Positions 1 to 13,419 of a stretch of DNA of 61,450 nt are shown here, one piece after another. Position numbers and translations under genes: made by a program. Position 1 is the first letter of the stretch. Each line of letters begins with the position of its first letter. The notes beneath the pieces are model-generated. The model did not search any database. It had not been told where the DNA came from and saw nothing but the letters and a program-made list of their open reading frames with translations. The DNA lies in assembly GCF_001194135.2 (NCBI RefSeq), contig NC_068982.1:110228803-110290252 (forward strand), in the 5' to 3' direction. This DNA comes from Octopus bimaculoides (lineage: Eukaryota).

Positions 1-616
1 ATATAAGTTAATTAGACGATATATTAACCTCTTAAAGGGATGATTACATCCAAGAAAACGCTGGTTCTATACCTTATGTCTTTGGGAAATAAAATTTCCT
101 AAATCAATAGGTATATATCAAGTATATAATCCGTATTAAATTAAGAGAAGAAAATGGAGAGTTAATGGTTAATATTTATTTATTAATAAATTGATAATCA
201 TTTCCTCCTACATCTGTTTCCATTTATATTTTTGTAAGTTATTCAATGAGCATAAATGGTAACAGCCGTAAGTAGAAATGATTATCAATTTATTAAAAAA
301 TAAATATATTACCGATAACTTTCTATTTTCATTCATGTACCTCTATTTCATTTATTTCATCTATTAATTACTTCAGCCTACTGGAGTCGTATAGATAGAA
401 TAAAGCATGTCACCACTAGGCTGAAACAGCTGTAAGACATTATCCCATTTTCTGTCACTAAATGTCCTTCTCTAATTACTGGTATGACATAATGTGTCGC
501 ATGTGTTTGTATATCGTTATTATTGTCTTTTTAGTAAACAAACAAACAAGTAAATTGACACAATACAATTTCTGCAAGTTAATGAATACCACCTATTCCC
601 CTCCATTTTCTTATTG

Positions 617-743
<127 letters not shown>

Positions 744-1006
744 TGCAGAAGAATTTTCGAAAAGACAAAAAGAATCAAATATGCCACCCTTCCTACAATA
801 TATTTTGATCCAAATAAGGTGTGTATAATCTGTGATGATCTTCCTGAAACTAAATTGAAAAGTTGTTCAAATTATGACAAGCAACGTTTACATTTCATGT
901 TACTGCATCATTTGATTGGTATATAAAGAGAAGAAAAGTCATTCATCTTTCTACAGTAGGATTATCTTGTAATTCTTATTGTACACATACACACATATGT
1001 ACATGC

Positions 1007-1096
<90 letters not shown>
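1007..1096. repeat. (TA)n-(TG)n microsatellite
   Basis: Directly visible dinucleotide runs. Confidence 0.95.
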
Positions 1097-1099
<3 letters not shown>

Positions 1100-1116
1100 C
1101 ATATATACATATATAT

Positions 1117-1300
1117 GGGCATCGGTGCCATTTTCCTCTTCCTCCGTTTTTCCATTCTCCGAACTTTCTGTCTTTCCGACGAAGGGCTCTGCCCGAAACG
1201 TCATACTCTCTCTCCTTCCTTTCCCGAGCGTCCAATAACACTATCCGTATCATGTCCTCACTTTGTTGTTTTTTTTTGTTATTGTTTTTTGTGTTTTTTT
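1117..1300 (+). mobile_element. Probable Penelope-like terminal-repeat fragment carrying a hammerhead-ribozyme-like motif
   Basis: 1176-1202 reads CCGACGA-A-GGGC-TCT-GCCC-GAAA-CGTC, the layout of minimal hammerheads in Penelope-like elements; core U4 is C and helix I is poor. Confidence 0.4.
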
Positions 1301-1804
1301 TAACTATACATATATATATATATACATATATATATATACATATATATATGTATATATACGTATGCATATATATATATATATATTTATACATATATAAACA
1401 TATATATATATTATAGTGTTATGTGTGTCTGTGTCTTTGTGTATGTGTTTGTGTGTCTGTGTATATGTGTATGTATGTATGTCCGTGTGTGTGTGTGTGC
1501 GTGCGCGCGCGTGTCACCGAGTACTATTTTGATAACATTAGTTAAATGGAAAAACCATTGCATAATTGAAGCTAGTTATTGCTTGGCATATACTATCACA
1601 ACCTTAAGTAATCTATAAAACATGTATCTGGTCACCGCGGAGACTCAAAATAGCATCAGTTGAATATTAAAAAAAAAACTTTCCAAGTCTTATTTATTCT
1701 TTCCTTCTTTTTCTCTCTATTTCTTATTGTTTTTTTTTTAATTTTGTTTTTCTCCTTTTCTAGCGCATTCAGTATTGCGACAAATCAGTATGATCTCATA
1801 TAGT

Positions 1805-1885
1805 TGATGTTTAAGCTGGTCAGTTTCAATTCAGCAGAAACATGATTAAAGCCATACCAGCCATGACCATCCCCTCTGTCCTTTC
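1805..1885 (+). repeat. Short dispersed repeat (family F), unclassified
   Basis: Similar to the reverse complement of about 36180-36265 (shared ...cag-atgat-aaag-cat-ccag-tgaccatc-c pattern). Confidence 0.35.
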
Positions 1886-3329
1886 GTATATCTAGTACAT
1901 TACCCAATGCATTCTTTTCTTTAAAATAGCAGACTAATCTTTAAAAAAAATTTAACTATTTTTAACATTAGTTTCCCCACTCTGGTTCTTGCAATCTCGT
2001 GTAAGATTTCCCGGATGTCAAAATAGTGGAAATGAAATTTCGAATTAATATAGACTTCATTCATTCCCTTCGGCTCCATTAATTTGGAAAGGTACTGACA
2101 AAACCGTTTAAAACAAGGGTACAGTATGAGACCTTTCCTTAGGACGACGTAAAAGAAACGAATAAATAAAACCCAACTTGTCCAGAGAGTATTCCATAAA
2201 AATAATTAATTTCAATCAAAACATATCTTGGAGACAGTGCAGTTAATTGGATTTTAAAAGTGTTATAATATCTAATTCTGTGTATCCTTTTCTCTGGGTT
2301 GAAATTATGGCAGGATTACCAACTCTACCAAGAAGAAAGATATATGAAAATATATCTTTTTATTAAAGCATATTTAACTGTTTTAACATATTCATAGACA
2401 CAAAACATTTAAGCGAGCCGAATAATAATAATATTAGGATTATAACGCCGAATATTTTTGGCAGATTACGTTATCCCTTGATATTTACGTGTATCCCGTT
2501 GCATGACTTACAAATTAATGGTAGATGATGTAGAACTGCTGCTACTAAAGGAAGAGGATTATATAGTCAGTTGCCGGTCTTTATGTGACAACTTTTAACA
2601 ATTACATGATATAAGTATTTTTTAGAAGACCTTTAAGCAATGCAGGTGAAAAGTTTGGCAAAATATGTAAGGTGATGTCAATAAGTATAAACTAAGATAA
2701 GATATTGTTTTACCTTACATAGGTTGTTGAATGCTTTTATTATATTTCAGGAAATCGCTTATCAATCAAATATAAGACAGAAAATAATCCAAGAATTCGG
2801 AGAAAAGTGTTATATGCAGGTATCATCTTACGTATTTTCTCACCTCCATATCTTAAAGATTTTCATTAAAATATATCATTTATACATTATAATTATAATG
2901 CTTCAAGCAAATTACAATCTAGAATTAATTGGAACGCCATACAGTATAACAACAAAACATTTCAAGCCAATGAGGGAGCCCCTATTTACTCACACGACCT
3001 ACTAGAAATAGCAGTTAATCTTCCAGAAAAAAAAATATAGAAATGTGAAACAAGCGTCACGAAGCCAACTTTAAAAATGTGAGGAAAACGGCCTAACACG
3101 TTTGAGATGAGATTTCCAACCAAGAAGGAAGTAAGGATCGTTCTATAAAACCCCTAAAGCGTGACGAACTGGCCCTCATTCAGATCTATCTTGAACGGAG
3201 AGTGGAAAAAATAAGATAATTGATTTGCTACAAGAAATAGACTGCTAGTTTGTGGCGACCGTTAGCTCGATATCGAAGAAAAATGAACATGTTGAAAGTT
3301 CACAGTGCAAAAATAAAAATTTGGTCAAT

Positions 3330-3815
3330 GTCGACTAAGGCATATGAAAACCACTCCAAACTTGATTAGTCTGCTAGATGGCTTGCAACTTCTTCGTGGC
3401 GATAACAATCAGCTGGTTGATCTGTTCCGAAAAACTTTTAGGTCGGAGCTTAGATATTTTTTGGAAATCCCTGGTTTGGTAGTGCTACTGGGGTGGAGGA
3501 ATGTCTGGTTCGAGATAAACTGTGCAGACACAGAAATGCCGTCAACCAAGCCTGTTCAGGATACAGTTCTGCAAGCACTTGTTCGATGCGGGAGGATTAC
3601 TGACGTGTGTAGTTACGTCGAACACCTGCTTCCATGTGTAGAACGAATCTGGTCATCATCTGATCCTATTGTGATAATCGTTCCGCCTTACTTTGGCAAG
3701 GAAGTGTTGACAGTTTTTATCTGTTTGGTACTTCTGGCGAAAGCAGTTATGTGATGGACGAGATTGAAATGATTGAAGGCAGACTCCTTCCTATTTAACC
3801 AAGCCCTTGTCAATT
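3330..3815 (+). mobile_element. Decayed L1/Tx1-type LINE ORF2 C-terminal fragment
   Basis: Frameshift-joined translation LVDLFRKTF..DIFWKSLVW*CY..LVRDKLCRH..DTVLQALVRC..IVPP..VFICLVLLAKAVM*WTRLK*LKADSFL resembles the zf-RVT/C-terminal region of Tx1-clade ORF2; followed by (TAT)n. Confidence 0.55.
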
Positions 3816-3819
3816 TACT

Positions 3820-3834
3820 ATTATTATTATTATA

Positions 3835-3903
<69 letters not shown>

Positions 3904-3945
3904 GTCATCGTCATCACCATCGTCATCGTCATCACCATCATCATT
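3820..3945. repeat. (TAT)n-(CAT)n microsatellite
   Basis: Directly visible trinucleotide runs. Confidence 0.95.
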
Positions 3946-4309
3946 CGTACTGGTGGGTTGTGCGTCGCTTCGCTCATAAGTTTATTTGTTAATTTGTGTC
4001 TTCAAAAGTTGTTAATTGTTTAATTTTGTTACAACGCGTTTGTTGAAGCCACCAAAACCTTATGAAATTAGTTGATTTGTTTGTGCCCTTTTGGGAACTC
4101 AAATTCGGAAAGGAAATTCTCATTTTCTTTTGGGAAAAAAAGATATTTTTAAAAACAAAAAGAGCGACGTCCGCCTTGCACAGTGACATGGATGAAGAAG
4201 TCAGAGGTAGCTCTGATAGAGAGTTGCAATCCACGTCCGAGTCTTCTGCCTTCAACCCTCAAATGGAAGGGGAGATGAACACTCATCAAATTCAAAGTCC
4301 ACACTACCA

Positions 4310-4334
4310 ATATTATTATTATTATTATTATTAC

Positions 4335-4365
<31 letters not shown>

Positions 4366-4371
4366 GTCATT

Positions 4372-4409
<38 letters not shown>

Positions 4410-4415
4410 GTCATT

Positions 4416-4483
<68 letters not shown>

Positions 4484-5063
4484 NNNNNNNNNNNNNNNNN
4501 NNNNNNNNNNNNNNNNNNNNNNNNNNNNNNNNNNNNNNNNNNNNNNNNNNNNNNNNNNNNNNNNNNNNNNNNNNNNNNNNNNNNNNNNNNNNNNNNNNNN
4601 NNNNNNNNNNNNNNNNNNNNNNNNNNNNNNNNNNNNNNNNNNNNNNNNNNNNNNNNNNNNNNNNNNNNNNNNNNNNNNNNNNNNNNNNNNNNNNNNNNNN
4701 NNNNNNNNNNNNNNNNNNNNNNNNNNNNNNNNNNNNNNNNNNNNNNNNNNNNNNNNNNNNNNNNNNNNNNNNNNNNNNNNNNNNNNNNNNNNNNNNNNNN
4801 NNNNNNNNNNNNNNNNNNNNNNNNNNNNNNNNNNNNNNNNNNNNNNNNNNNNNNNNNNNNNNNNNNNNNNNNNNNNNNNNNNNNNNNNNNNNNNNNNNNN
4901 NNNNNNNNNNNNNNNNNNNNNNNNNNNNNNNNNNNNNNNGTATTAAGCAGAATATTTGCTGTAGCCCATCTTTTATACTAAGACAAAACAATGTACCTGA
5001 TAACACTTCCAATCAATTAAGATTAGAAGCCATGAGAGCCACTGTCTGGTACTGCATCCGGGC

Positions 5064-5130
<67 letters not shown>
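4310..5130. repeat. (TAT)n tracts flanking assembly gap 4484-4939
   Basis: TAT runs at 4310-4483 and about 5066-5130; N run between. Confidence 0.9.
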
Positions 5131-5132
<2 letters not shown>

Positions 5133-5352
5133 GGCGGCTAGCTTGCAGAATGGTTAGCACTCCAAACAAAATACCTAGCGACATTTTGTCCGTCTTTACG
5201 TTCTGGATTCAAATGCCTGCCGAGATCGAATTTACCTTTCATCCTTTCGGGTTCGATAAAATCGATAAAAGAAATTCCATTCGAGCACTGGAGTCGAGGT
5301 AATCGACTATCCCCGCCCCTCAAAATTGCTGGTCTTGTACCTAAAACGAGAA
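5131..5352 (+). mobile_element. SINE family C (AAGGCGG.GAGCTGGCAGAA head)
   Basis: Matches copies at 25291, 29491, 36319(-) and 43389: GTTCTGAGTTCAAAT..GAGGTCGACTTTGCCTTTCATCCTTTCGGGGTCGATAAA..GTACCAG. Confidence 0.8.
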
Positions 5353-6574
5353 ATTAATTATCTTCACCATTATTGTTCTTGTTAGTGTTAGTTTCGTTTT
5401 GTTTTCTGTGTTGTATTTCACCCTTTTATTATTGTCCTCAGTGTCTTGGGCCCTTATGGCCAATTAAAGAAAACATTATTGGTATATTTGACTCAATGGC
5501 TTTTACTGTTATGTTATTTCGCCCCTTATTGTCTCTTTTCTTCAACATTATTTATTTTAATATATATTTATTTATATATCTATTTATATATTTACTAATT
5601 TTATATTTATTTATTTTCATTTATTTATTATTGCATTCTTGATTTTCATTTAAAAATAAAATTCCCTGTGGCCATTTTGTTCTGTTCACCCACCTGTTTA
5701 TTTTTAATTCTATTTGTTTTTGTTGATTTTCCTACCACCTACCAACCCATTTTCTCTCTTTCGTTCAATCTACCTTAAAAAAACTCACAAACATCGTCCT
5801 TATTCTCTGAATCGCATTCCCTTCATATATATATATATATATAAACTCCGCCACTACCTGCAGCCCTTTTTCACATCAGATTTAGCCTACTTCCCGTCAT
5901 TTACCCCGTCTTGATACACTAGCGACAGCAATTTCTTTTGCAATCTATTGAGTTCAGGAGCGATTACTCTTTTAGCGACATCAGTTACAGCCTTTTTGCC
6001 ATTCATCATAAATAAATTAATTGTTTGTGAGAATAATAATAATAATAAAAGTCTGTTGTCATTCATTCACTCACTACTGCTGATAAATATCTGTTCTTAA
6101 CTCTTCCGTCACTATTTTGGCTCTCTATCCGCCTCTCTCTCCCCCCCCCTCCCTCTCTCTACCTCTCTCAGTCTGTCTATTTATATCGTGTATATTATTA
6201 TATCTGTCATTCTTTTCTCACTGCACCTCTGTTTTCGTCTTACGCCTTCTTTCTTTCTGGTTCAATTCGCATTGAATGCGTTCGTTGTCTTAAGTGCTTT
6301 CCTTCGGCCTTTTCCTTCCTCCCTCACTTTCACTTTCTGCTCCTTACTATCTTTATCTTACCACATTGTATTAAAATCATTGTTCGGCAATTTGCTATGG
6401 TTATTTATTTCATGTACATACTGTTTCTCAATATACGTTAGGGTAAATCGTACATGCTGCCGCAGATACAAACAGGAAAAAATAGTTTTCACATAACAAA
6501 GGGAAAGTAGAATAAAAAGGTTTGTAAGAATTGTTAATAGAGGAGACTCATAATCAAAAAGCAGATACATAAAC

Positions 6575-6646
<72 letters not shown>

Positions 6647-7188
6647 TATTTGTTTATTTTTATAGTTGTCAGTGTTAAAATTTTAAAGATTTTAATTGAC
6701 GGAAAAGAGCATGAGTTTAATAGTCTCTCCCACAGCGTTGAAAGATTTTATGCTTATTAACATGACGTTCAATTTGATCTGCTGAAAGTTGTGTTTAAGG
6801 AGAATATGGTGATAAGGCCAAAAGGCGACACGCAATATAATAAGGTGGCGAGAGTGGGAGAGGAACTAACAAATCGCATCTATGCTAAATTCAAGATGGT
6901 ATGCAGATAGCTGCCACTGAGAATGGCTAACGTCATCTCTGGCTGAGAGGTCGTGGCGTTCTAGTGGGTCCTTCCCATTCGGACTGGTGGCTTTCTTTTG
7001 GATGCAATAGTGGGGGGAGGGTGTGCGTGCGTGCGCAGCAGCAACACCGTACATATTATTTCCATTGTGTATATCAGTCGTTTGAGCTTTGAAGAGGTTC
7101 AGCAGCTGTTCAGAGCTGCAATCTTTTCTGGCCTAGAAAAAGATGGCTGCTAGTTTTCAGAATACAGCATTTGCTATGTTTTATGAAT

Positions 7189-7677
7189 GGTGCAAGGGTG
7201 GCTGTGTGGTAAGTAGCTTGCTTACCAACCACATGGTTCCGGCTTCAGTCCCACTGCGTGGCACCTTGGGCAAGTGTCTTCTGCTATAGCCTCGGGCCGA
7301 CCAAAGCCTTGTGAGTGGATTTGGTAGACGGAAACTGAAAGAAGCCCGTCGTATATACGTATATATATACATACATACATACATACATATGTGTGTGTGT
7401 GTGTGTGTGTCTGTGTGTGTGTGTGTGGGTATGTATGTATGTATGTATGTATGTATGTATGTATATGTTTGTGTGTCTGTGTTTGTCTCTCCAACATCGC
7501 TTGACAACCGATGCTGGTGTGTTTACATCCACGTCACTTAGCGGTTCGGCAAGGGAAGCCGATAGAGTAAGTACTAGGCTTCCAAAGAATAAGTCCTGGG
7601 GTCGATTTGCTCGACTAAAGGCAGTGCTCCAGCATGGCCGCAGGCAAATACTGAACCAAATAAAAGAATAAAGAATA
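7189..7677 (+). mobile_element. SINE family A, full length, with internal microsatellite
   Basis: tRNA-like head (GTGGTAAG..GGTTCAGTCCC), CORE-like GGCACCTTGGGCAAGTG, central (TA)/(TG)/(TATG) tract, conserved 3' half; at least 6 near-identical copies in window. Confidence 0.9.
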
Positions 7678-7826
7678 TGATTAGATCGCCATCAAAAGTC
7701 ATCCAAAACTGTAAATTGTAGCGTTTGTAGCGACTCTGAGGATTTTAATTGCATAAAAGTATCAATGTGAGTTTATGCAAGTCTTTATACTACAAACAGT
7801 AGAGTTTTCCTTTTTTCATTATTTTT

Positions 7827-8170
7827 GTGAAGGCGCATGGTTCAGTGGTTAGAGCGTCGGGCTCACAATCATGAGGTAGTGAGTTCGATTTCCGGACCAG
7901 GCTTTGTATTATGTTCTTGAGCAGGACACTTCATTTCACATTGCTCCTGTTCACTCAGCTGTAAAAATTAGTGGCGAAGTCAGTGGTGCCAAGCTGTATC
8001 GGTCTTTGCCTTTACCTTGGATAACATCGGTGGCGTGGAGGGGGGAGACTGGTATGTATGGGCGACTGCTTGTCTTCCATAAAGAACCTTGGCCAGACTT
8101 GTGCCTCGGAGTGAAACTTTCTAGGTGCTATCCCATGGACATTTATGAACGAAGTGGGGGTCTTCGCCCT
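7827..8170 (+). mobile_element. SINE family D (tRNA head plus CORE-like segment)
   Basis: A box TGGTTCAGTGG, B box GAGTTCGATTTC, then GTTCTTGAGCAGGACACTTCATTTCACATTGCTCC shared with the 32032 SINE. Confidence 0.7.
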
Positions 8171-8588
8171 TTTATTATTTTAAGGTAGTCAACGAAAGAA
8201 AGCGGTTGGTTACCTTTTTCAGTAGTTATTTACGTCATTGCTATCAATCCACTGATGTAAGTTTATAACTTTTATAGTTTTGTTAATGCTGTTTAGATTT
8301 TTATACTCACTAGACCAACCTCGTATTTTTTTGAGCAAATTATCCTACATTTACAGTTAGACCCAAATTTTCTTTCTGGTCTTTAATGCTTATAATTGTC
8401 CGACGTTTAGTTAAATCTTCGGTTTGTTGTTTAACATTGGCTGCGGGGATTTTGCAGTTTCACTTTATTGTTTATATTATTTCTTATGATTGCACTTTTA
8501 TGCAATTTTGTATGATGTTATCGTTGACTAGCTGTTTCAAAAATATGCGAAGTGCTTGATTGAGAAACCAACGAAAATCCTCAATAAG

Positions 8589-8895
8589 TTACTCTTTTAC
8601 TTGTTTCGGTCATTTGACTGCGGCCATGCTGGAGCACCACCTTTAGTCGAGCAAATCGACCCCTGGACTTATTCTTTATAAGCCTAGTACTTATTCTATC
8701 GGTCTCTTTTTGCCGAACCACTAAGTTACGGGGACGTAAACACACCAGCATCGATTGTCAAGCGATGGTGGGGGGACAAACACAGACACACAGACATACA
8801 TATATATATATATGTACATATATACGACGGGCTTCTTTCAGTTTCCGTCTACCAAATCCACTCACAAGGCTTTGGTCGGCCCGAGGCTATAGTAG
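8589..8895 (-). mobile_element. SINE family A, 5'-truncated
   Basis: Reverse complement of family A from CTACTATAGCC to the GTAAAAGAGTAA tail. Confidence 0.9.
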
Positions 8896-9069
8896 TTAAC
8901 TCATATTGCTTTATAAACACAAATATATATTGGTTGATAGATATTTTGATATTTTGATACTGTTTATTTAAGATGATACGATGTGAGTTTATGTATATGT
9001 ACAACAGTCAATATAATACACTCATACACACACACACACAAACACATACGTCGACATACATCCAATTGA

Positions 9070-9150
9070 AACCATTGGCGTCGACCCGAGCTATAGTAGA
9101 AGACACTTGCTCAAGGTACCACGCAATTGAACAGAATCCGAAATCACGTG
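9070..9150 (-). mobile_element. Degenerate family A SINE fragment
   Basis: GCTATAGTAGAAGACACTTGCTCAAGGTACCACGCA matches the reverse complement of the family A core. Confidence 0.6.
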
Positions 9151-9209
9151 AAACGTGAGTGTATGTGTATGGGTGCGTGCGTACGTGCTTGTGTATGTAT
9201 GTATGTATG

Positions 9210-9240
<31 letters not shown>

Positions 9241-10229
9241 GAGTCAACAGATGAGATCCAATGATTCTCAATATAATGCTCAAAGGATTTGAACTTAAAC
9301 TCCGAAACCTTTACAGAAGACCAAATCCGCGGAGTAAAGAGTGGATATAGGAGGAATCCGGATGAGCAGATATAGAGACAATGATGCAAATGTATGATAT
9401 ATGTATGCATACATACCATATCAAGCAACAATCTCGATACTGAGGGATATATGCATGTATGTATGCATGTATGAATGTGTGTCTGTATGTATGTATGTAC
9501 ACAAACACATACGCATAAATATGCACTGTAATAACACACACATATACACATGTATACATACATTTATAATATATACACAAACATGCACACACACGCACGT
9601 GTACCCACACACACACACCACCACCACCATCACACAACATCACACACGTATACACCTTGAGGTGTCTCACAGTTTACGTCTACCAAATTCCCCTTACATT
9701 ACAGATTAGACAAGACAGAACCAGTTTTCCACACATTTCTACGTTTCAATTGTTCTGATGATAGATGAATGAGTATAATGTTGCATCTTACCTTCTGAAA
9801 ACTTACGAAACAATGCAATAATTTAGAAAATAATCAGCCATGCATGTCTTCCCGTACATATCATTAAACACAAGAAGAAAGTTAACCTAGCGCAAGTGAT
9901 TAGGTAAGAAATACAAAATGAGTGATAAAATGGAAGAAATGAGGCTAAAAATAAAAGCAATTGGCCTGCAACTAAAACAAAACGTAAAATGGCGTTGGAT
10001 GGAGTCGGAAGACGACGAAACAAGCACTAGTATTATTATGCTAAAGGTATTTTGGACATTTCTTTGAAGAGAATGAGACAGAAACTATATATATATATTG
10101 ATATACGAGTATAATTAATGATAAAGTATGATTCCTTATCCATAAATGCTTAGAAATATATGTCTAAATACATATGCACATTTATGCATATATATATAGA
10201 TATGTATATATATATATATATATATATAT

Positions 10230-10634
10230 NNNNNNNNNNNNNNNNNNNNNNNNNNNNNNNNNNNNNNNNNNNNNNNNNNNNNNNNNNNNNNNNNNNNNNN
10301 NNNNNNNNNNNNNNNNNNNNNNNNNNNNNNNNNNNNNNNNNNNNNNNNNNNNNNNNNNNNNNNNNNNNNNNNNNNNNNNNNNNNNNNNNNNNNNNNNNNN
10401 NNNNNNNNNNNNNNNNNNNNNNNNNNNNNNNNNNNNNNNNNNNNNNNNNNNNNNNNNNNNNNNNNNNNNNNNNNNNNNNNNNNNNNNNNNNNNNNNNNNN
10501 NNNNNNNNNNNNNNNNNNNNNNNNNNNNNNNNNNNNNNNNNNNNNNNNNNNNNNNNNNNNNNNNNNNNNNNNNNNNNNNNNNNNNNNNNNNNNNNNNNNN
10601 NNNNNNNNNNNNNNNNNNNNNNNNNNNNNNNNNN
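10230..10634. other. Assembly gap
   Basis: N run after (TA)n. Confidence 1.
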
Positions 10635-10765
10635 TTTGTACGACTCTCTTATTCTTTCTTTCTTTCTTTCAACCCCTTCATACTTACTTCGTTCTTTCCA
10701 CTCTTCTTTCTTTCGCTCCCCCTCTCTCACATTTCCTGGCCTTTCCTTCATTATTACCTTCCCTC

Positions 10766-10822
10766 CTCTTTCTGGGGCTGACCAGATTGGACCAGTTTCG
10801 AGTATAATCAGCCGAAACTGTC
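10766..10822 (+). repeat. Dispersed repeat family G fragment
   Basis: GGCTGACCAGATTGGA..CGAG.ATAA.CAGCCGAAA.TG also present at 45355-45400. Confidence 0.55.
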
Positions 10823-12256
10823 ATCCAAATTAACGAAACCACTGACGTGGCGGATTTAGCACAACTTTGTGTTTATGTACGTTACGTGCATAACAAGCTC
10901 CTGGAAGATGAATTCTTTTTTTACGAAACCCTCAACACCCGAACCACTGTAAACGATATAAAAGAAAGTGGATCAATTCTTTAACACGCATGGCATGAAC
11001 TGAGAGCATGTTGTTGGCGTGTGCACCGACGGTACTCCAGCAATGCTTGGTTGCCGCTCTGGCTTTCAGACAATGGTGAAGGAGAAGTTTACTAACGCAA
11101 CTGGTACGCATTGTACACTTCGTCGCCAAGCACTGACGGTTAAAACAATGCCCGACCATTTGAAGAATGTTTTGAATGATGTGGTCAAAGCGGTAAGTTT
11201 TCTCAAAGCCAATTCTCTAAACTTGCGTCTTTTTACTTACTTGTGCAAGGACAATGGCTCCGAATTCGAAACGTTTTTACTGTACTCAGGTGTCAGGTGG
11301 TTATCCAAGAGGAGAGTACTGAAAAGAGTCTTCGTTCTACGAAAGGAGATACACGAATTTCTTCGTGTGCTAAAAAAGAACTGCACAGGCAGTTCTTCAA
11401 TACTCGGTTCCTTATATGTCTCTCCTTTTTGGTCGACATTTTTAAATCAGTTAATTCTGTTAACTTAGCACTACAAGGAAAGGATATCACCGTTTTCCAC
11501 TGTCATGAAAAGATGACTGCATTTAAAATGAAGCTCCATTTGTGGCATTCTAAATTGAAATGTGAAAATTTTGCACCATTTCCGAACCTCAATACTTTCC
11601 TTGATGAAGATGGCCTTCGAGTTGATGCTAACATCCTCGACATAATGAAGTAGCATGTTTTAATTCTTCACGCTGAAATTCAAAGATACTTCTCTGACCT
11701 ACAAAACTTCGAAAAAGTTCACCATTTCATCACCAACCCCTTTGAAATCTCTGTTGTTGACCTTCCGTCAGAAGATTACGTCATTAAAGAACAGTTCATC
11801 GACTTGCTGAATGATGGAGATGCAAAAGATGCCTTTCGTAACATGTGTTTCAGTGAATTCTGGATTGAAATGACACAGTCCTATCCAGATGTCGCCAAAT
11901 TGGCCCTCAAATTCATCGTTCCGTTCGCAACAACATACAAATGTGAGACAGCTTTTACAACTTTACTCGCAATTAAAACAAAGGTTCGCAATAAACTGGA
12001 TGTTGCGCATGACATGAGGGTCGCATTATCAAAAACGCAGCCTAATATTGAGGACATATTACAGACCATACAAGTTTACCCCTCTCATTGAAATTTTTTA
12101 TTTTATCAGTAAAATTTTATCTCATGAAAAATTATTTTATACAAGGTTCTTTTTCTCTGATTTTTTTCATTTGGGAGCGGGGTGGGGGTCCGCGAAGCCT
12201 CGAAAAAATGGGAGGGGGTCCGTAAGACGAAAATTTTGAAAAAGTTTGGGAACCAA
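10823..12256 (+). mobile_element. Decayed hAT DNA transposon (Charlie/Buster, ZBED5/SCAND3-like transposase), 5'-truncated
   Basis: Motifs NETTDVADLAQL (DETTD), CTDGTPAM, THCTLRRQAL, VRWLS, FLVDIF, FATTYKCETAF, hATC tail ending YPSH* at 12091; stops and frameshifts; degenerate right TIR GTTTGGGAACC near 12244-12254. Confidence 0.9.
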
Positions 12257-13146
12257 GGGGGTACACTGTTGATTCGTTGAACCGTGTAGAGATTGTGCCT
12301 TTATGTTATTTACGGCTGGCACAAAGACACAATCACAATCTGCATAACAAAATTCATTAACGGGAAGTTTTAATGCATTTTCTAATATGTATCGAAAGAT
12401 GAAATGTGTTGAGATATTAACAATGACGTCGTTCTTCGTGCGGATATTTTAATATAACTAGTCCATATCGCATGTATCAAGCCTTTATCTAATAATAGTC
12501 GTCGTGTATTTTTTACGTAAAGATTTGCAAAGTCTGCTCGGTCCAGATGCATATTCAACTACCATAAATTGTGATGCTAACGTTACTAATACTACATCTG
12601 TTATTATTTCAGTCCTTTGTTTTAACCTATTCAGTCAATTCAATCTTGTATGCTACTCCACTTACAAAAAACTGACTGTGCTGAGCTAAAAATGACCAAC
12701 TTTCAGTTAGAATCGAATCACACACTGTTGCTGACCGATCAAGCATACTACCTTGCGTTAATGATATTCAATACATTTCTTTAGTTAGCATTTTATTGGA
12801 TATCCCAGGGAGTTAAGAACCTTGTTAGCTCATTCATTTTTGTTGGGTGGGGGTGTTTTTTTTTTTACAGGAAAACGATTCTGTTATTCGACAAGACCTA
12901 TCAAAGCAGCTTCCTGCTATCACTGTCAGGGAAATTACACGGGATTTTTAATAGAGTGCATTTGCTGCTTTTGATGAGTTCTTGTAGGATCCTTATTGTT
13001 CATAAAACACAAGCACACATACAAGTACACAATCAAACAAAATACATAACACGCTATGTATACATAATATACATAATGCATAGCACACAACACACTCGTA
13101 CACACAAATTACGCAGCGCATAGGCACACCATTAATTAGACTCGCC

Positions 13147-13368
13147 TTGTTCTTCCCCTCTCTCTCTCTTTCTTTTTCTCTTTTTCTCTCTCTCTCTCTC
13201 TCTTTTTCTCTCTCTCCTTCTCTCTCTCTCTTTCTTTTTCTATTTTTTCTCTCTCTCCTTCTCTCTTTCTTTCTCTCTCTCTCTCTCTTTCTCTTTCTCT
13301 TTCTCTTTTTCCCTCTCTCCTTCTCTCTCTCTTTCTCTTTCTCTTTTTTCTCTCTCTCCTTCTTTATT

Positions 13369-13419
<51 letters not shown>

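Noticed and set aside
3946-4300. Segment with MDEEVRGSSDRELQSTSESS, possible LINE 5' UTR/ORF1 start or exon
   Set aside because: No recognisable domain, no splice support, and it runs into (TAT)n.
4062-5157. Long ORFs spanning N runs (also 10160-10833, 16061-17127, 45452-45829)
   Set aside because: Length comes from X codons in assembly gaps.
11019-12091. Domesticated ZBED/SCAND3-like host gene
   Set aside because: Multiple stops and frameshifts, intronless, with a remnant TIR; a dead transposon is simpler.
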